Assembly: GCA_976226885.1 (NCBI GenBank)
Contig: OZ320313.1
Span: forward strand, 159,278,001 to 159,342,000
Reading direction: 5' to 3'
DNA length: 64,000 nucleotides
From: Iphione sp. A-MEVVRFRX5
Lineage: Eukaryota
The position numbers and the translations under genes are program-made. The notes beneath the pieces are model-generated. The model was not told the DNA's origin, did no database searches, and saw only the letters and a program-made list of their open reading frames with translations. This document shows, piece after piece, positions 1-9,847 of the stretch; position 1 is the stretch's first letter; the number at the start of each line of letters is the position of its first letter.

Positions 1-333
1 CATATTTTAGTAGCATGGACTTGTGTACGTAGTGAATAGACAGCTGCGATTATTGTTTTAAGTACTACCAGCTGCATATGCCATATTCTTGTCACATTGC
101 GACATGCAAATAAATTTTTAAGTGCCCCTTTAGTGTGGGGCCACATTTCATTATTATATCTGCATGGGGATTTTGTCATTATATAAATTGTTTCTGTATT
201 AAACTTGGGCACAATCACATCAAACACTAAGATACAGATCATTATTTAGTTAGAGTCCTAAATGATCGATTATTATCTTTAACAATATTCTTGCGTACGA
301 GCTATATAAAATAACCTCTGTTCAAAATTCTAG

Positions 334-381
334 TTAAGATGTTGTTTGTATGTCTCGCATCCAAGTCCACGTTACCAGTAT
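334..381 (+). CDS. Tentative upstream exon of gene A (LRCCLYVSHPSPRYQY)
   Basis: ttctag acceptor at 332-333 and gtgagc donor at 382; 48 nt, phase 0/0, open and in frame with exon 659-749. Splice signals only moderate. Confidence 0.35.
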
Positions 382-658
382 GTGAGCAGCTACAAAGCAT
401 GTGCACTTACCCACAACCCACACTAGTACACTGGCAACCACTCCCAAGCAGACAATCGATACATTTAACCTTATGAGAAGAATGTAACCTGGAAGGTTCA
501 CCCATACCTACAAGAACTCCTCCTTCATTATTATTATGTGATGTAATTCAAGCCTTTTGTGGAACCTAGCCGAATAAATCTCCATCTTGTTTGCTATTTT
601 GCCTGGTGTGTGTCAGGTTACACTCCCTTGATTTCACTCAGGCGATTGCCGCTTGTAG

Positions 659-749
659 GTTTGGAGAACTCTGTGTAAATGTGAAAGCGTGCTTGCAGCA
701 CTGAGAGCAAGTTTTGAACAGCTTGTCACCCAGAGAAACATGCTGTACG
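659..749 (+). CDS. Internal exon of unidentified proline-rich adaptor-like gene A (VWRTLCKCESVLAALRASFEQLVTQRNMLY)
   Basis: cttgtag acceptor (657-658) and ACG|gtaagg donor (750); 91 nt, phase 0 to 1; open frame reads as an amphipathic helix; phase matches the downstream exons. Confidence 0.7.
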
Positions 750-947
750 GTAAGGTAGTCTCTTAGCGTTCGGACAAACCAGAAAAACAGACAGTGAAAG
801 ACGTACAGTAAGAGCTTTTCTACTGGCAGCGTCCCCCGAGCAGTCAACTTCCTAGGTATGCTCACTCACCTCTCTTAGCGGGCATAAATTGAGTGGAACC
901 AAGGATGACCGCTGGCGAGAGATCCTACTACATCATATTTCCAATAG

Positions 948-1029
948 TTCCTGTATCTGATTTCGGACGGTCCCTACCAAAACCTTAATTCTGAGAAACT
1001 GCCTTCGGATAGCATGTCCGACTGTACAG
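948..1029 (+). CDS. Probable optional exon of gene A (..SDGPYQNLNSEKLPSDSMSDCT); acceptor ambiguous (948 or 967)
   Basis: Strong CAG|gtatgt donor at 1030, ending in phase 1; open frame with a YQNL motif. The AG at 946-947 needs a phase-0 donor (755); the phase-1-compatible position 965-966 reads GG, not AG. Confidence 0.4.
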
Positions 1030-1046
1030 GTATGTTTTGCGTCGTT

Positions 1047-1096
1047 TGTGTGTATGTGTGTGTATGTGTGTGTGTGTGTACGTGCGTGCATGCGTG
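1047..1096. repeat. Imperfect (TG)n microsatellite
   Basis: tgtgtgtatgtgtgtgtatgtg... seen directly, just after the 1030 donor. Confidence 0.9.
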
Positions 1097-1274
1097 TTTG
1101 TGATTTTCTTGTTCTTGTTCCGAGTAAATGTCAGAAGTCAGAAGTCAGACTGTTTATTTACTTATCTGGAAATACATATCCAGGTCTCCCAGTAAACAGA
1201 ATGCCCACGTGTGAACTACCCGTTCGACGCTTGCCGTCCGTCATTTTTCAAAAAGAAAACCTTGCTTCTTTCAG

Positions 1275-1361
1275 TACCTCCCCGAATTCCCCCTACAGAA
1301 ACCTTGCAACGTGCAGCAGGGCAGCAGGACGAGCGAGGCAACTATTATAATACTAATAAAG
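1275..1361 (+). CDS. Internal exon of gene A (VPPRIPPTETLQRAAGQQDERGNYYNTNK)
   Basis: ttgcttctttcag acceptor (1273-1274) and AAG|gtaacg donor (1362); 87 nt, symmetric phase 1/1; PxxP and YYN motifs. Confidence 0.7.
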
Positions 1362-1513
1362 GTAACGCCAACTGTTCCATGTGGTTCAAACTTTGTCATT
1401 CCTGCATTCTATCACTCTCTATCACAACTGCGGAACGAAAGGGGGCTGGTTGGTTTCATGGATGGAATTTCTATATATCTATCTGAGATCTAGCAGTGTG
1501 AATACCTTCATTG

Positions 1514-1717
1514 TGCATGGGAATATCTACTAAGGCGGTCTTTCCATGCATCCGACAAACCCGGACACGGAACCGGGGCCGGGGGTGCATAACAATCAAG
1601 CTCACTGTATTTCAATGGATCCTACCCATGTGTGCGTATTTCACGCACCCGGACCACGGTGCGTGAAGTCAAATCCAACATTGTCCGGTCTCCCCGGCCC
1701 CGGATCCGTGTGCATGG
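1514..1717. other. Nested inverted-repeat (hairpin) cluster
   Basis: 20-bp arms 1565-1584 / 1692-1711 (1 mismatch) enclose a perfect 10-bp hairpin 1640-1649 / 1658-1667; separate 10-bp arms 1514-1523 / 1541-1550 (1 mismatch). Confidence 0.8.
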
Positions 1718-1749
1718 TGCGTGATACTATCATTTTCTACCAAAATTAG

Positions 1750-2069
1750 TTCTCAGCAGTTCCCCTAGGGGTCGTTTCATCTATTGTATTGGCAACGTAC
1801 ACATGGAAAGACCATCACGCACCCTATTCCGGGTTCGTCCGTACCCTCCACACCCACTGCGGAATTTTCGGATACATGGAAAAACTGCCTTAATGTTTTG
1901 TCCATACAAGTATACCTCTCTTAAGCGTCTGGTAATGAAGCCCCCTTTTAAACGAAGTTTTGGCCTGAGGACACATTTAGTAAACGTACATGTACTTTTA
2001 AATATAAATAGAATACGAATGGAACAACTACGAAGTATATGCCTGCAAGAAAATATAATTTCTGAATGA
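1750..2069 (+). CDS. Intronic ORF / candidate alternative last exon of gene A with a partial C2H2-like motif (includes track ORF 1803-2069)
   Basis: AG at 1748-1749 gives in-frame phase-1 entry; frame open to TGA 2067-2069 with AATAAA at 2069-2074; contains RVRPY and FKRSFGLRTHLVNVH (F-x5-L-x2-H-x4-H), but only one upstream Cys. Confidence 0.3.
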
Positions 2070-2660
2070 ATAAAACGATCAGGAACGAACATTGCAACAT
2101 ATCTCTCTCTCTCCCAGTTTCTGACAACGAAGTGAATTCACACTCCTACTTCGTGAATAGGTATATCTGTATTTACATGGTTTTGTGTCTGTGCATGTAT
2201 GTATACATATCTTTTAGTATGTATGCTTTGATGTTGTCAGTCGGGTTTGATTTCCTCCGGTCCCAAGTATTTATCGATATTGCCTTCGATACATCTTAGC
2301 ATTTCTCTTAGATTCACAACTTAAGTTCCATACCTCCACAAGCAAAACCAGATATAAGCACATCTACTCTGAATATTCGGGCTTCACAGCGTTTCACTTT
2401 GCCATATCCTTATCATTTTGTTTCCTCACCCGCATGCAGTGGCTGTTTGTATTCGCTTTAATAATGAGTTATGGTTTCATTCGGTATTTGAGTAGGTGAT
2501 ACACGTATCCTCTTCAAGACCACAGCCATTTTCTGCCCGGAGGAAAAGTTGTCATCTTTCATAGCCTTTAAAACCGTTTGGCAACAGACCCAGTCGCCAG
2601 TGCTATATGAGACGCGTGGGGGAACTAACTGCATGTTAATTCTTTAAATTTTCCCTGTAG

Positions 2661-3152
2661 GTGCATACCGGTCGAACAGTCCAGAACGCTATGATGCCGG
2701 CGACCGACGGTCGGGTGGTCCGCCACCCCCGGCTCCCCCGCCTCCTCCTATGCCCGGAATGGGAGGGCCTCCTCCTCCACCTCCTCCAGTACCTGGTATG
2801 GGAGGGCCCCCTCCACCGCCACCTCCTCCAGTACCGGGCATGGGTGCGCCCCCTCCGCCTCCCCCGATGCCCAGCCAAGGAGGTCCTCCTCCGCCCCCAC
2901 CGGTGGCCCCGCCGCCCCCGCCACCCATGGCCCCGCCTCCGTCGACACCGCCCGCCCCCACCACCCTCCGACGCCCATCGGAACAGACCCCCTTGATGCC
3001 CCTGAGTACCTCGACGCCTCCAGGCTTCAACACAGCACGCCGGCCGACCGAACCGTCCCCTCCCACGTACGGCGGATCTCCGCAGACTTTCAACACAGCT
3101 CGACGTCCTTCCGAACCAGCCACGATGCCCTCCCCAGAGGGTGCGAGGCCAC
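2661..3152 (+). CDS. Proline-rich exon of gene A: FH1-like PPPPP(M/V)PGMG(G/A) x3 plus RRP(S/T)E x3
   Basis: ttttccctgtag acceptor (2659-2660), phase 1; open frame GAYRSNSPERYDAGDRRSGGPPPP...; strong cac|gtgagt donor at 3153 in phase 1. Confidence 0.85.
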
Positions 3153-3203
3153 GTGAGTTTACCTGTCGCCAATACGTGCGTATTGGATGCGTCAAGGGGA
3201 AAA

Positions 3204-3209
3204 AATAAA
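3204..3209 (+). terminator. AATAAA overlapping the read-through stop (candidate intronic polyadenylation signal)
   Basis: The unspliced frame ends ...CVKGKK-TAA (3206-3208) inside AATAAA. Confidence 0.35.
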
Positions 3210-3445
3210 GTTTATCGCTTTAACTTCTAGAAGAATCAACATAATTATGGCAAGGGCAAGATATCCCACTTTACCCTACTGAATCTCGAGATACCCTATT
3301 GAATCTCAAAACTTCTACTATAAGTATTTTTTCGAAGGAAATAAAACCACAAAATATGACCCTTAGAATTAGATACTCAGTGGTGCGGGGAATAAGATGC
3401 ATGGATTGCGTTGAGGCTATCACCTTGATTAGTTTGTGAAAACGC

Positions 3446-3449
<4 letters not shown>

Positions 3450-3497
<48 letters not shown>
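3450..3497. repeat. (AT)24 microsatellite
   Basis: Perfect AT run seen directly. Confidence 0.97.
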
Positions 3498-3500
<3 letters not shown>

Positions 3501-3638
3501 TGAAAGTGAGACGTGGCTCGTTCTGTTCTCACTGACTTTTAAAAAAAATTTAAATATCTATACACAGTCAATGCAGGCCTTTCCTACTTCCTTGAGGAGA
3601 CCACTAACGATAGAATTCTTTGTTTAAACATCTTGCAG

Positions 3639-3760
3639 CATTGGGCGGCGGCGGAGCCTCGGCTTTTGAGGACGAACTGAAGCGAAGGCTGGTTCACCAG
3701 AGAGAGGAAGTCTACTCCAGTGGCGCCACCATCCTCAAGTCGAGCAACTGGGGACACTGA
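3639..3760 (+). CDS. Terminal coding exon of gene A (LGGGGASAFEDELKRRLVHQREEVYSSGATILKSSNWGH*), WH2-like helix
   Basis: atcttgcag acceptor (3637-3638); phase 1 matches the 3153 donor; 40 codons to TGA 3758-3760; AATAAA at 4010-4015. WH2 likeness is inference (amphipathic helix then ILKS). Confidence 0.75.
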
Positions 3761-6700
3761 GGACGTTCACTTACAAAAGTATAGGAATCTATTGACGACT
3801 TCCCGCATGTTCTTATTAATAATGGGGAACACTTGCTGTTATACGAATTTTCCAAACGATTTATTGACCTACCCCCGGTGCTGGAGCTAGGGTTGAAAGG
3901 GTCTGTTAATGATGAGGTGGAATGTATGTTTTTATCTTTGCTCACATTGAAGGTCACAGCCTAAAGCACGTCTGTACCAAAGTCCGGTCATCTCTCTGCG
4001 GCTAATCTCAATAAAAGTGTACTTACGCTGTAGTGAGTTCTTACCCTTCCTGCTGGGGCAGACAGCAAATGCACCTGAGTTGTTCTAATTATGATGCATT
4101 CACGAATCGTTTTAGCAGACGTTCGTGTGGGCAAGTTTTTAGATAGGCGAATAAATACTGTGACGTATATGTATTTGATTGATTTTTACAAAAACGTAGA
4201 ATCTTCAGATTTGAATCATCTTTCATGCCCAAGCTAATATTGCTTTTTATCTGAGCAGTGTCTGTGTTCATGTCTTGACAACATTTGCATAGCTTTATTT
4301 TTATAAACTTTATGGGTGTTTTAAAAATTATGTATCTGTCTTCCATTTCCGACTGTACTTAATTGGCAAGGCTACTTACGTGTCTCATAAACTAAATATT
4401 TCAATCTGCCTTAAAAGCGGTCTGTAAAAATGCTTCGTTGATGTTACTTGTCTAGGTCAAATCAATGCACAGTATCAACATATAAGCGATGCCTTTGAGG
4501 GGCGCAGTCAGATAGTGGTACAACAGTATGGAAACGTCAGGACCTATTAAAAATATGTTGACATTCAGTTATAAATCGTATTGGTACTATTCATGTAGAT
4601 TTGAAGAAGTGTTTTCGTAGAAACGTGGACTTTGAGGCGGTTCGCTAAAACTCCTGTCATTGGTAAAGTAAGACGATGTCATTTCAAGCATCAAGCATCA
4701 GGCAGATCTACTCAATAATCCCTGATGGAGGAAGTGTATACTAACCATTAGTAATTGAATAATAATAATTATAATAATAGACAACGCAGGATGTAGTGGC
4801 TTACATGAACATGTACGTCATTCTGTTATGATTTTAATGGCGCAGTTGATTGTATTTTTTATTGTCCGTACTCGGAAGACAGCGTGACGTTTCGTTTGCG
4901 CCAGGTTTGTTTTATTCACACTACCATATTTGTTCACTTATACTAATACGGCGAGTTCACCCATGTTAGTCATTTTATGCAAAAGGTTCCCGATATAGAA
5001 CGCAGCGCGGGTGAAGAAACTACCAATAAAGGTCTGTGATGAGCGAGCTATGTAGACATTTAATACCACAGCGATTCGGTCTGCACATCGGGTTAAATTT
5101 TCATGCTGACCTTTTTAATCGACATTTTTTTTTGTATTCCGATAAATGACGCGGCTTCTTTGCGCTACTTTGTAACATGTCGGTTTAATGTGCAATTGGC
5201 TTTATATATGAGGGGACGGATGAAGGAAATCTCCGGCGTAGAAATTTCTCTTGGGCTGTCGCTCCTGCATGTGTCTAGCGAGCGGGACGACCGATTATTT
5301 GAGGGGAATTCCGTAATTGAAAAAAAAGGTTCCCTAAAGGAGAGTGGGGAGAGGTGTTCTAGTAGGGTGTGTCATGGTGAACACAACCAGTGAGACCCTA
5401 GGGGAATAATATTGTTGTAAATTGCGCTTCGCACTATCCTACAAAGCCTGCAGTAAAAAAAACCCCAGTGTATACACATTGTAATTACTTTTATATCAAA
5501 TGTTTACGTTTTGTAGATATACATATAAATTTGCAGATTAGTGAGATTGGTTGCAATTATAGGGACTGTATAAAGCTACGAGGGCTTGTGTACCCTCAGG
5601 TTGTTAAATATATCAGTTGAAATGCATGGGTACGACGTAGAAAGTAAGGAAAGAATACAGGTTACATAAAGTGGCATATCCCATGTTGTGATAAATAATG
5701 TGCCCACCATTATGGAAACGTTGGCATCACTATCCACTACACAGGGACTTACTGAAGTATGATTGGTCAAAAAAAAAGCTAGTTTGATTGTTATATGGAA
5801 AAGCGTTCAGTCCGTGGTGCGGATTAGGATTTTTGCCTTGATGCCAAACTAGACATTTTCCGATGATTACCTAGAATAATTCACGGTTGTGCTTATACTC
5901 AACCTTTACTATTGTGTACTCCGCATACGTACGTGTCACCGTGTTTAATTAGTTATTGCCATATGTATTTGAGGTAACGAGAAAGTGTGCTAACTGTGCA
6001 CATATCTTTACATGCAAAGTACATGTACGTTGTACGTTGCGTAAAAACAATGCAATATAAGCGATCTGCACAGACTAACAAACCGGTTCCACATAGAACA
6101 ATCCCTTCATGGGAAGAAGGCGGTCCCCGCATTTTGTTTTATTGTAGCCGTCGATACAGAAACAAAATATTGTCACGTCCATTATAGTATGAAACTTTAT
6201 TCAGGGTATGACACAAAGACAAGAGAGGAGTATACATAAATGAAATGTATGTGACGGTGAACTGTGGATGGTAATATTCACTCATTGCGGGTTGATCCAT
6301 TTTGCTTCATTTTGAAAAAAAAACACGTTTTCAAAATTCACTGCATGCGCCACTTCGTAAGTATGCAACAGGAAAAACTTCACTATGTACATCAACATTA
6401 AGATAAACATTTTCCATGTAAAGTTAATTACCTGTATGTTGTTTTGCGGTAGTACTACTCCCTTGTTCAAATTTCCGAGCAGGTTTCACTGTTTCTCCGT
6501 AGAAATACGCTGGCATGAGTACAGTACAGTGCGTCGTGTAGTTTATTGAAACTGCCTTTTTTTAAAAAAAGAAAATTGATTAATCTTCACTGTATATGAA
6601 ACAGCACAACTGTCTTCATGAGGTACATGGTTTTCCGCTACTCGTTTGAGTTTAAATGTATGTAGCAACTTGAGGTAACATAAATAACTATTAACAGTGC

Positions 6701-7611
6701 ACATTACACTCAGTCGGAGATTTATGAAAGAAAAGGGCAAGATATTCAATCTAAACTTACATTATTTATAGATTAATTAACTGAATGTTTCTCGAGTAAT
6801 GATTAAAAATGTTGATAATGCCATTTTGGTTATCCCCTATTTTCTAGAATGTATTCGTGTAGAGGTCTGACGTTCAGAGAGAGATTATCGTGTATCCAAA
6901 TATTACTTGAATAAAATGTAGGACGACGCGCTCTTGTTGGCATTTGTCTTATCGTAACTACTACTAAATGTCGATGAACAGAAGGTGCTGCATCAATATT
7001 TTGGATCACTATTGTTCTCACCATATTCCTGAGGATTACACAGTTAATAGTTGAAGAGCGCAGATTATTGGTGGGTATCATTAGGTACATACACGCCTTG
7101 TGAAGCCTTCTTTTCACAAAGACAAAACCTTTCTCAACCATGACTTAGGGCCATTTGATGCGAAGTACCAGTCTCATGACTGGTATATGAAGTAATAAAC
7201 ACAGCAAAATAGTACCTTTTAAACTTGTGCAATAAACTAAAAAAAGGACACTTCTTTGTGGCTATGGGGCTTAGACCTGTATGCATCTCTGATTATAAAA
7301 ACATTTTAACCTCTAAACCTGTGTAAACCTTGTGTACTTGCTCTCTCCGGTGCCTAGGGCTCTGGAATTGGCACAGAATGTTGTCCCATTGCATCACAAA
7401 AACAAACCTGTGCATGTATTTTCATGATGCTGAGTCCAGAGACAAAAGAGACGTTAAAGCTCTTTCTAAATATTAGTGAACAAACATTTCCATGATTGAT
7501 TTTAACTCACTAGCTCTTCAAAATACATGTATAAGCCACACTGCGCTTAAGGTAAGCTTGTGTATCTTAACAATCAGCCATCTGACCCAAGAGTATGAGT
7601 AGAGACCATGA

Positions 7612-7652
7612 ATATATATACCTGTATATATTATATATATATATATATATAT
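7612..7652. repeat. Interrupted (TA)n microsatellite
   Basis: atatatata cctg tatata t tatatat... seen directly. Confidence 0.9.
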
Positions 7653-7866
7653 CTGTTTGTTGTTGCATACAGTGCAGGAGAGTGGGACTCGGGTGGTAGC
7701 GAGAAAACCTGACCGTGTCATTCAATTTGCTAATTTAGAGAGTTAGACAGGTAACCAACAGATAAGATTTATCTATAGAGATATAATGACAGTCATATGG
7801 TTGAAGTATAATAGTAAGTTTTGCTAAATAATAGTATCACTTAGCAGTCCTCTTGGAATGATATTT

Positions 7867-7872
7867 TTTATT
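7867..7872 (-). terminator. Candidate polyadenylation signal of the ASB gene
   Basis: tttatt on + (AATAAA on -), about 130 nt past the stop at 8000. Confidence 0.45.
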
Positions 7873-7999
7873 TTGCTGGGCAAATTCCTTTGACATGTTT
7901 TGTTTAAACTGTCCTGGAAACCCATAGTAGGGTTATATAGTCAGAATATTCATCTAATATTAACCGACGAATTGATTGTGTATTGAAAATATCAGGCAG

Positions 8000-9036
8000 T
8001 CAGTATACCCAGAAGCGGCGATGGTGCAATGCTCTCGCTTGCTCACGGTTGGGGTAACGTTCATCTAAGAGCAGCTCACAGTCTTCCCGCACTATACCGT
8101 CATACGCCTGCATGGTGGTCAGGTCCTCTAGCAATAGGTAAGCTCTCAAAGTCGGCGACAGCCCCTTGAATTTTGAAACCGCGTCCTTCAGGCAATATCC
8201 TTCAATGTGCGCCCGTATTTGGGCACGTGCCAGCACCTGCAGTGGGGCCGGAGAGGTGAGTGTTCTCCACAACCAGGTCTGAGAGGCAGCTAGGCGGTGT
8301 AACCATGGCAAATGGAGCAGCTCAGTTCGGTTGATCAGTTGGTAGCCGGCTCGGTGGAGCATGCGGGCGATGCCTAATTTTCCGTTCATTAGAGCGAACC
8401 CAACAAGGCCTAATCGCGGGAGGAGGGTCTCCGCCGCCGCTTGCTCCGTCATCGTGCCCGTAACGTTCTCAAGGAGAATGCACTTGGCGAGGTCATCCTG
8501 GAGTCTGAAGGCGCGGTCCACCACCGCCACGTCCCGGATGTGGGTGATAAGCAGGCGAGCGAGCTGGTGCACCTGGAGCTCAACTTGGCTATTAGCGAAC
8601 ATCCATTTGGAGGGTTGTTCGGCCAGCAGACCCACAAGGGTAGAGGCCAAGTGTAGATCGCCGCCGCCGCCGCCGCGCCCACCAACCCGAGCAGCGGCGG
8701 CCTCTCCTTGACAGGCTGCCCCCAAAAGGCAGTCAGTCACCGCCACGTGCTTCAGTTCCAGACAGGCGTAGCGTAGGAGGTCAGGGCTCACCGCGGCGCC
8801 ATGGTCGAGCAGCAGCCGCATGGCTTCAATATGGCGGGCATCGACGGTGTACAGCAGGGCCGACTGCCCTGCGCGATTGACGACACGCACGTTGGCGTGT
8901 TTCCCGACCAGGAAGGAGATGGCCCGGAGCAGAGCTTCCAAGCCAGAAGACGCCATAGCCTGCACACCGCGCAGTGCATGAGCTGCCGTTATCAGAGGCG
9001 TATTGCCTTGAAGGTCTCGTACGTTCACAGCAGCCC
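8000..9036 (-). CDS. Ankyrin repeat and SOCS box (ASB-family) protein, last exon: further ankyrin repeats plus SOCS box (~8123-8254)
   Basis: ccttctctcctgccag acceptor; G+GG joins in phase 1 to give ALLHQA-G-AAVNVRDLQGNTPLITAAH; ankyrin motifs GNTPL and GQSALL; SOCS box PAPLQVLARAQIRAHI...GLSPTLRAYLLL; TGA at 8002-8000. Confidence 0.93.
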
Positions 9037-9270
9037 CTGGCAGGAGAGAAGGTTTTGTGTCGGCTTATTGTGGTTATAGGTTTAGGGCATATGCCAAGTC
9101 TAAAGAAGAAACCAAAGCGAATAGACGCAGACATGAATGTGGGTGCTGTGTGTACAGTAAGAAGTCATGCGACCTGTAAAAACACTGCCCAAATTCTCTC
9201 TTACTACGTGAACTCCACTTTTGTGCCGTAGGGAATTTTCATTTGATCCATATAATTTCACATACAAGTA

Positions 9271-9847
9271 CAGGAGAACCTTACTTTGCGACCTCATCAC
9301 TTTGCGACCAAGATGCCCATTGTGACCATTTTGGGTCGGAACAGAATTAATTTCAATAGATTTCCTATATGAGAGTGTCTTTCTTTGCGACCGTATTGAT
9401 TTCCGAACAAAATCACCATCGGACCACTCAACTTAGGGTTGTTTTCTGTATATATTATTATTGCTTTGCGACCAAGCGGCCAACCGCCCATGCCTCAGAG
9501 ATGTCTTTGATGGTCTCTCACCGTCTCTGATGGTCCTCACACCTTGGAGAAGGTCGCGGGGGTGGTCGCGGGCATCAACGGCGACCTCTCTGATGTATGT
9601 CACACCCTGGAGGAGCTGTATCTCACACCTCTTTGAGTCACTTTTCGTCATCAAATTCAGCACTTTTTGGACATTTAGTCATCAAATTCAGCACTTTTTG
9701 GACTTGAAGTCATCAAATTCAGCACTTTTGGATGTTTCAGAGAGTATGCACATGTAAAAGGAGTCAAATTATTGCTTTCCGACCATATTCGCTATTACGA
9801 CCATTTTGGGCTGACCCAACTGGTGGTCGCAAAGTAAGTTTCTCCTG
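9271..9847. mobile_element. Non-autonomous Tc1/mariner-superfamily (pogo-like) MITE in ASB intron 2
   Basis: 23-bp TIRs CAGGAGAA(C/A)CTTACTTTGCGACC (9271-9293 / 9825-9847, 1 mismatch); TA target duplication at 9269-9270 and 9848-9849; subterminal TTTGCGACC repeats at 9301, 9384 and 9465. Confidence 0.88.
9647..9734. repeat. 31-bp minisatellite, ~3 copies, inside the MITE
   Basis: gtcatcaaattcagcactttt(t)gga starts at 9647, 9678 and 9709. Confidence 0.92.

Noticed and set aside
2118-2160. Exon-like segment (VSDNEVNSHSYFVNR) with a strong (CT)n acceptor
   Set aside because: All available donors leave phase 0 or 2, incompatible with the phase-1 acceptor at 2661; no partner exon found.
2636-3195. 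Gly-rich and Arg-rich ORFs on the - strand and alternative + frames
   Set aside because: Shadow frames of the C-rich polyproline exon.
1-3400. Endogenous virus hypothesis (compact ORFs with stop codons overlapping AATAAA)
   Set aside because: The proline-rich ORF is bounded by canonical, phase-matched splice sites and joins host-like exons; no viral hallmark gene seen.
6830-7141. 103-aa ATG-initiated ORF on the - strand
   Set aside because: No recognisable motif or supporting exon structure; lies just downstream of the ASB gene.
8361-9134. Several ORFs overlapping the ASB last exon
   Set aside because: Antisense or alternative-frame shadows of GC-rich coding sequence.
9487-9555. HTH_psq-like transposase remnant (DLLQGVRTIRDGERPSKTSLRHG) in the MITE
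   Set aside because: The segment is part of a degenerate ~63-bp internal duplication, so the resemblance may be coincidental.
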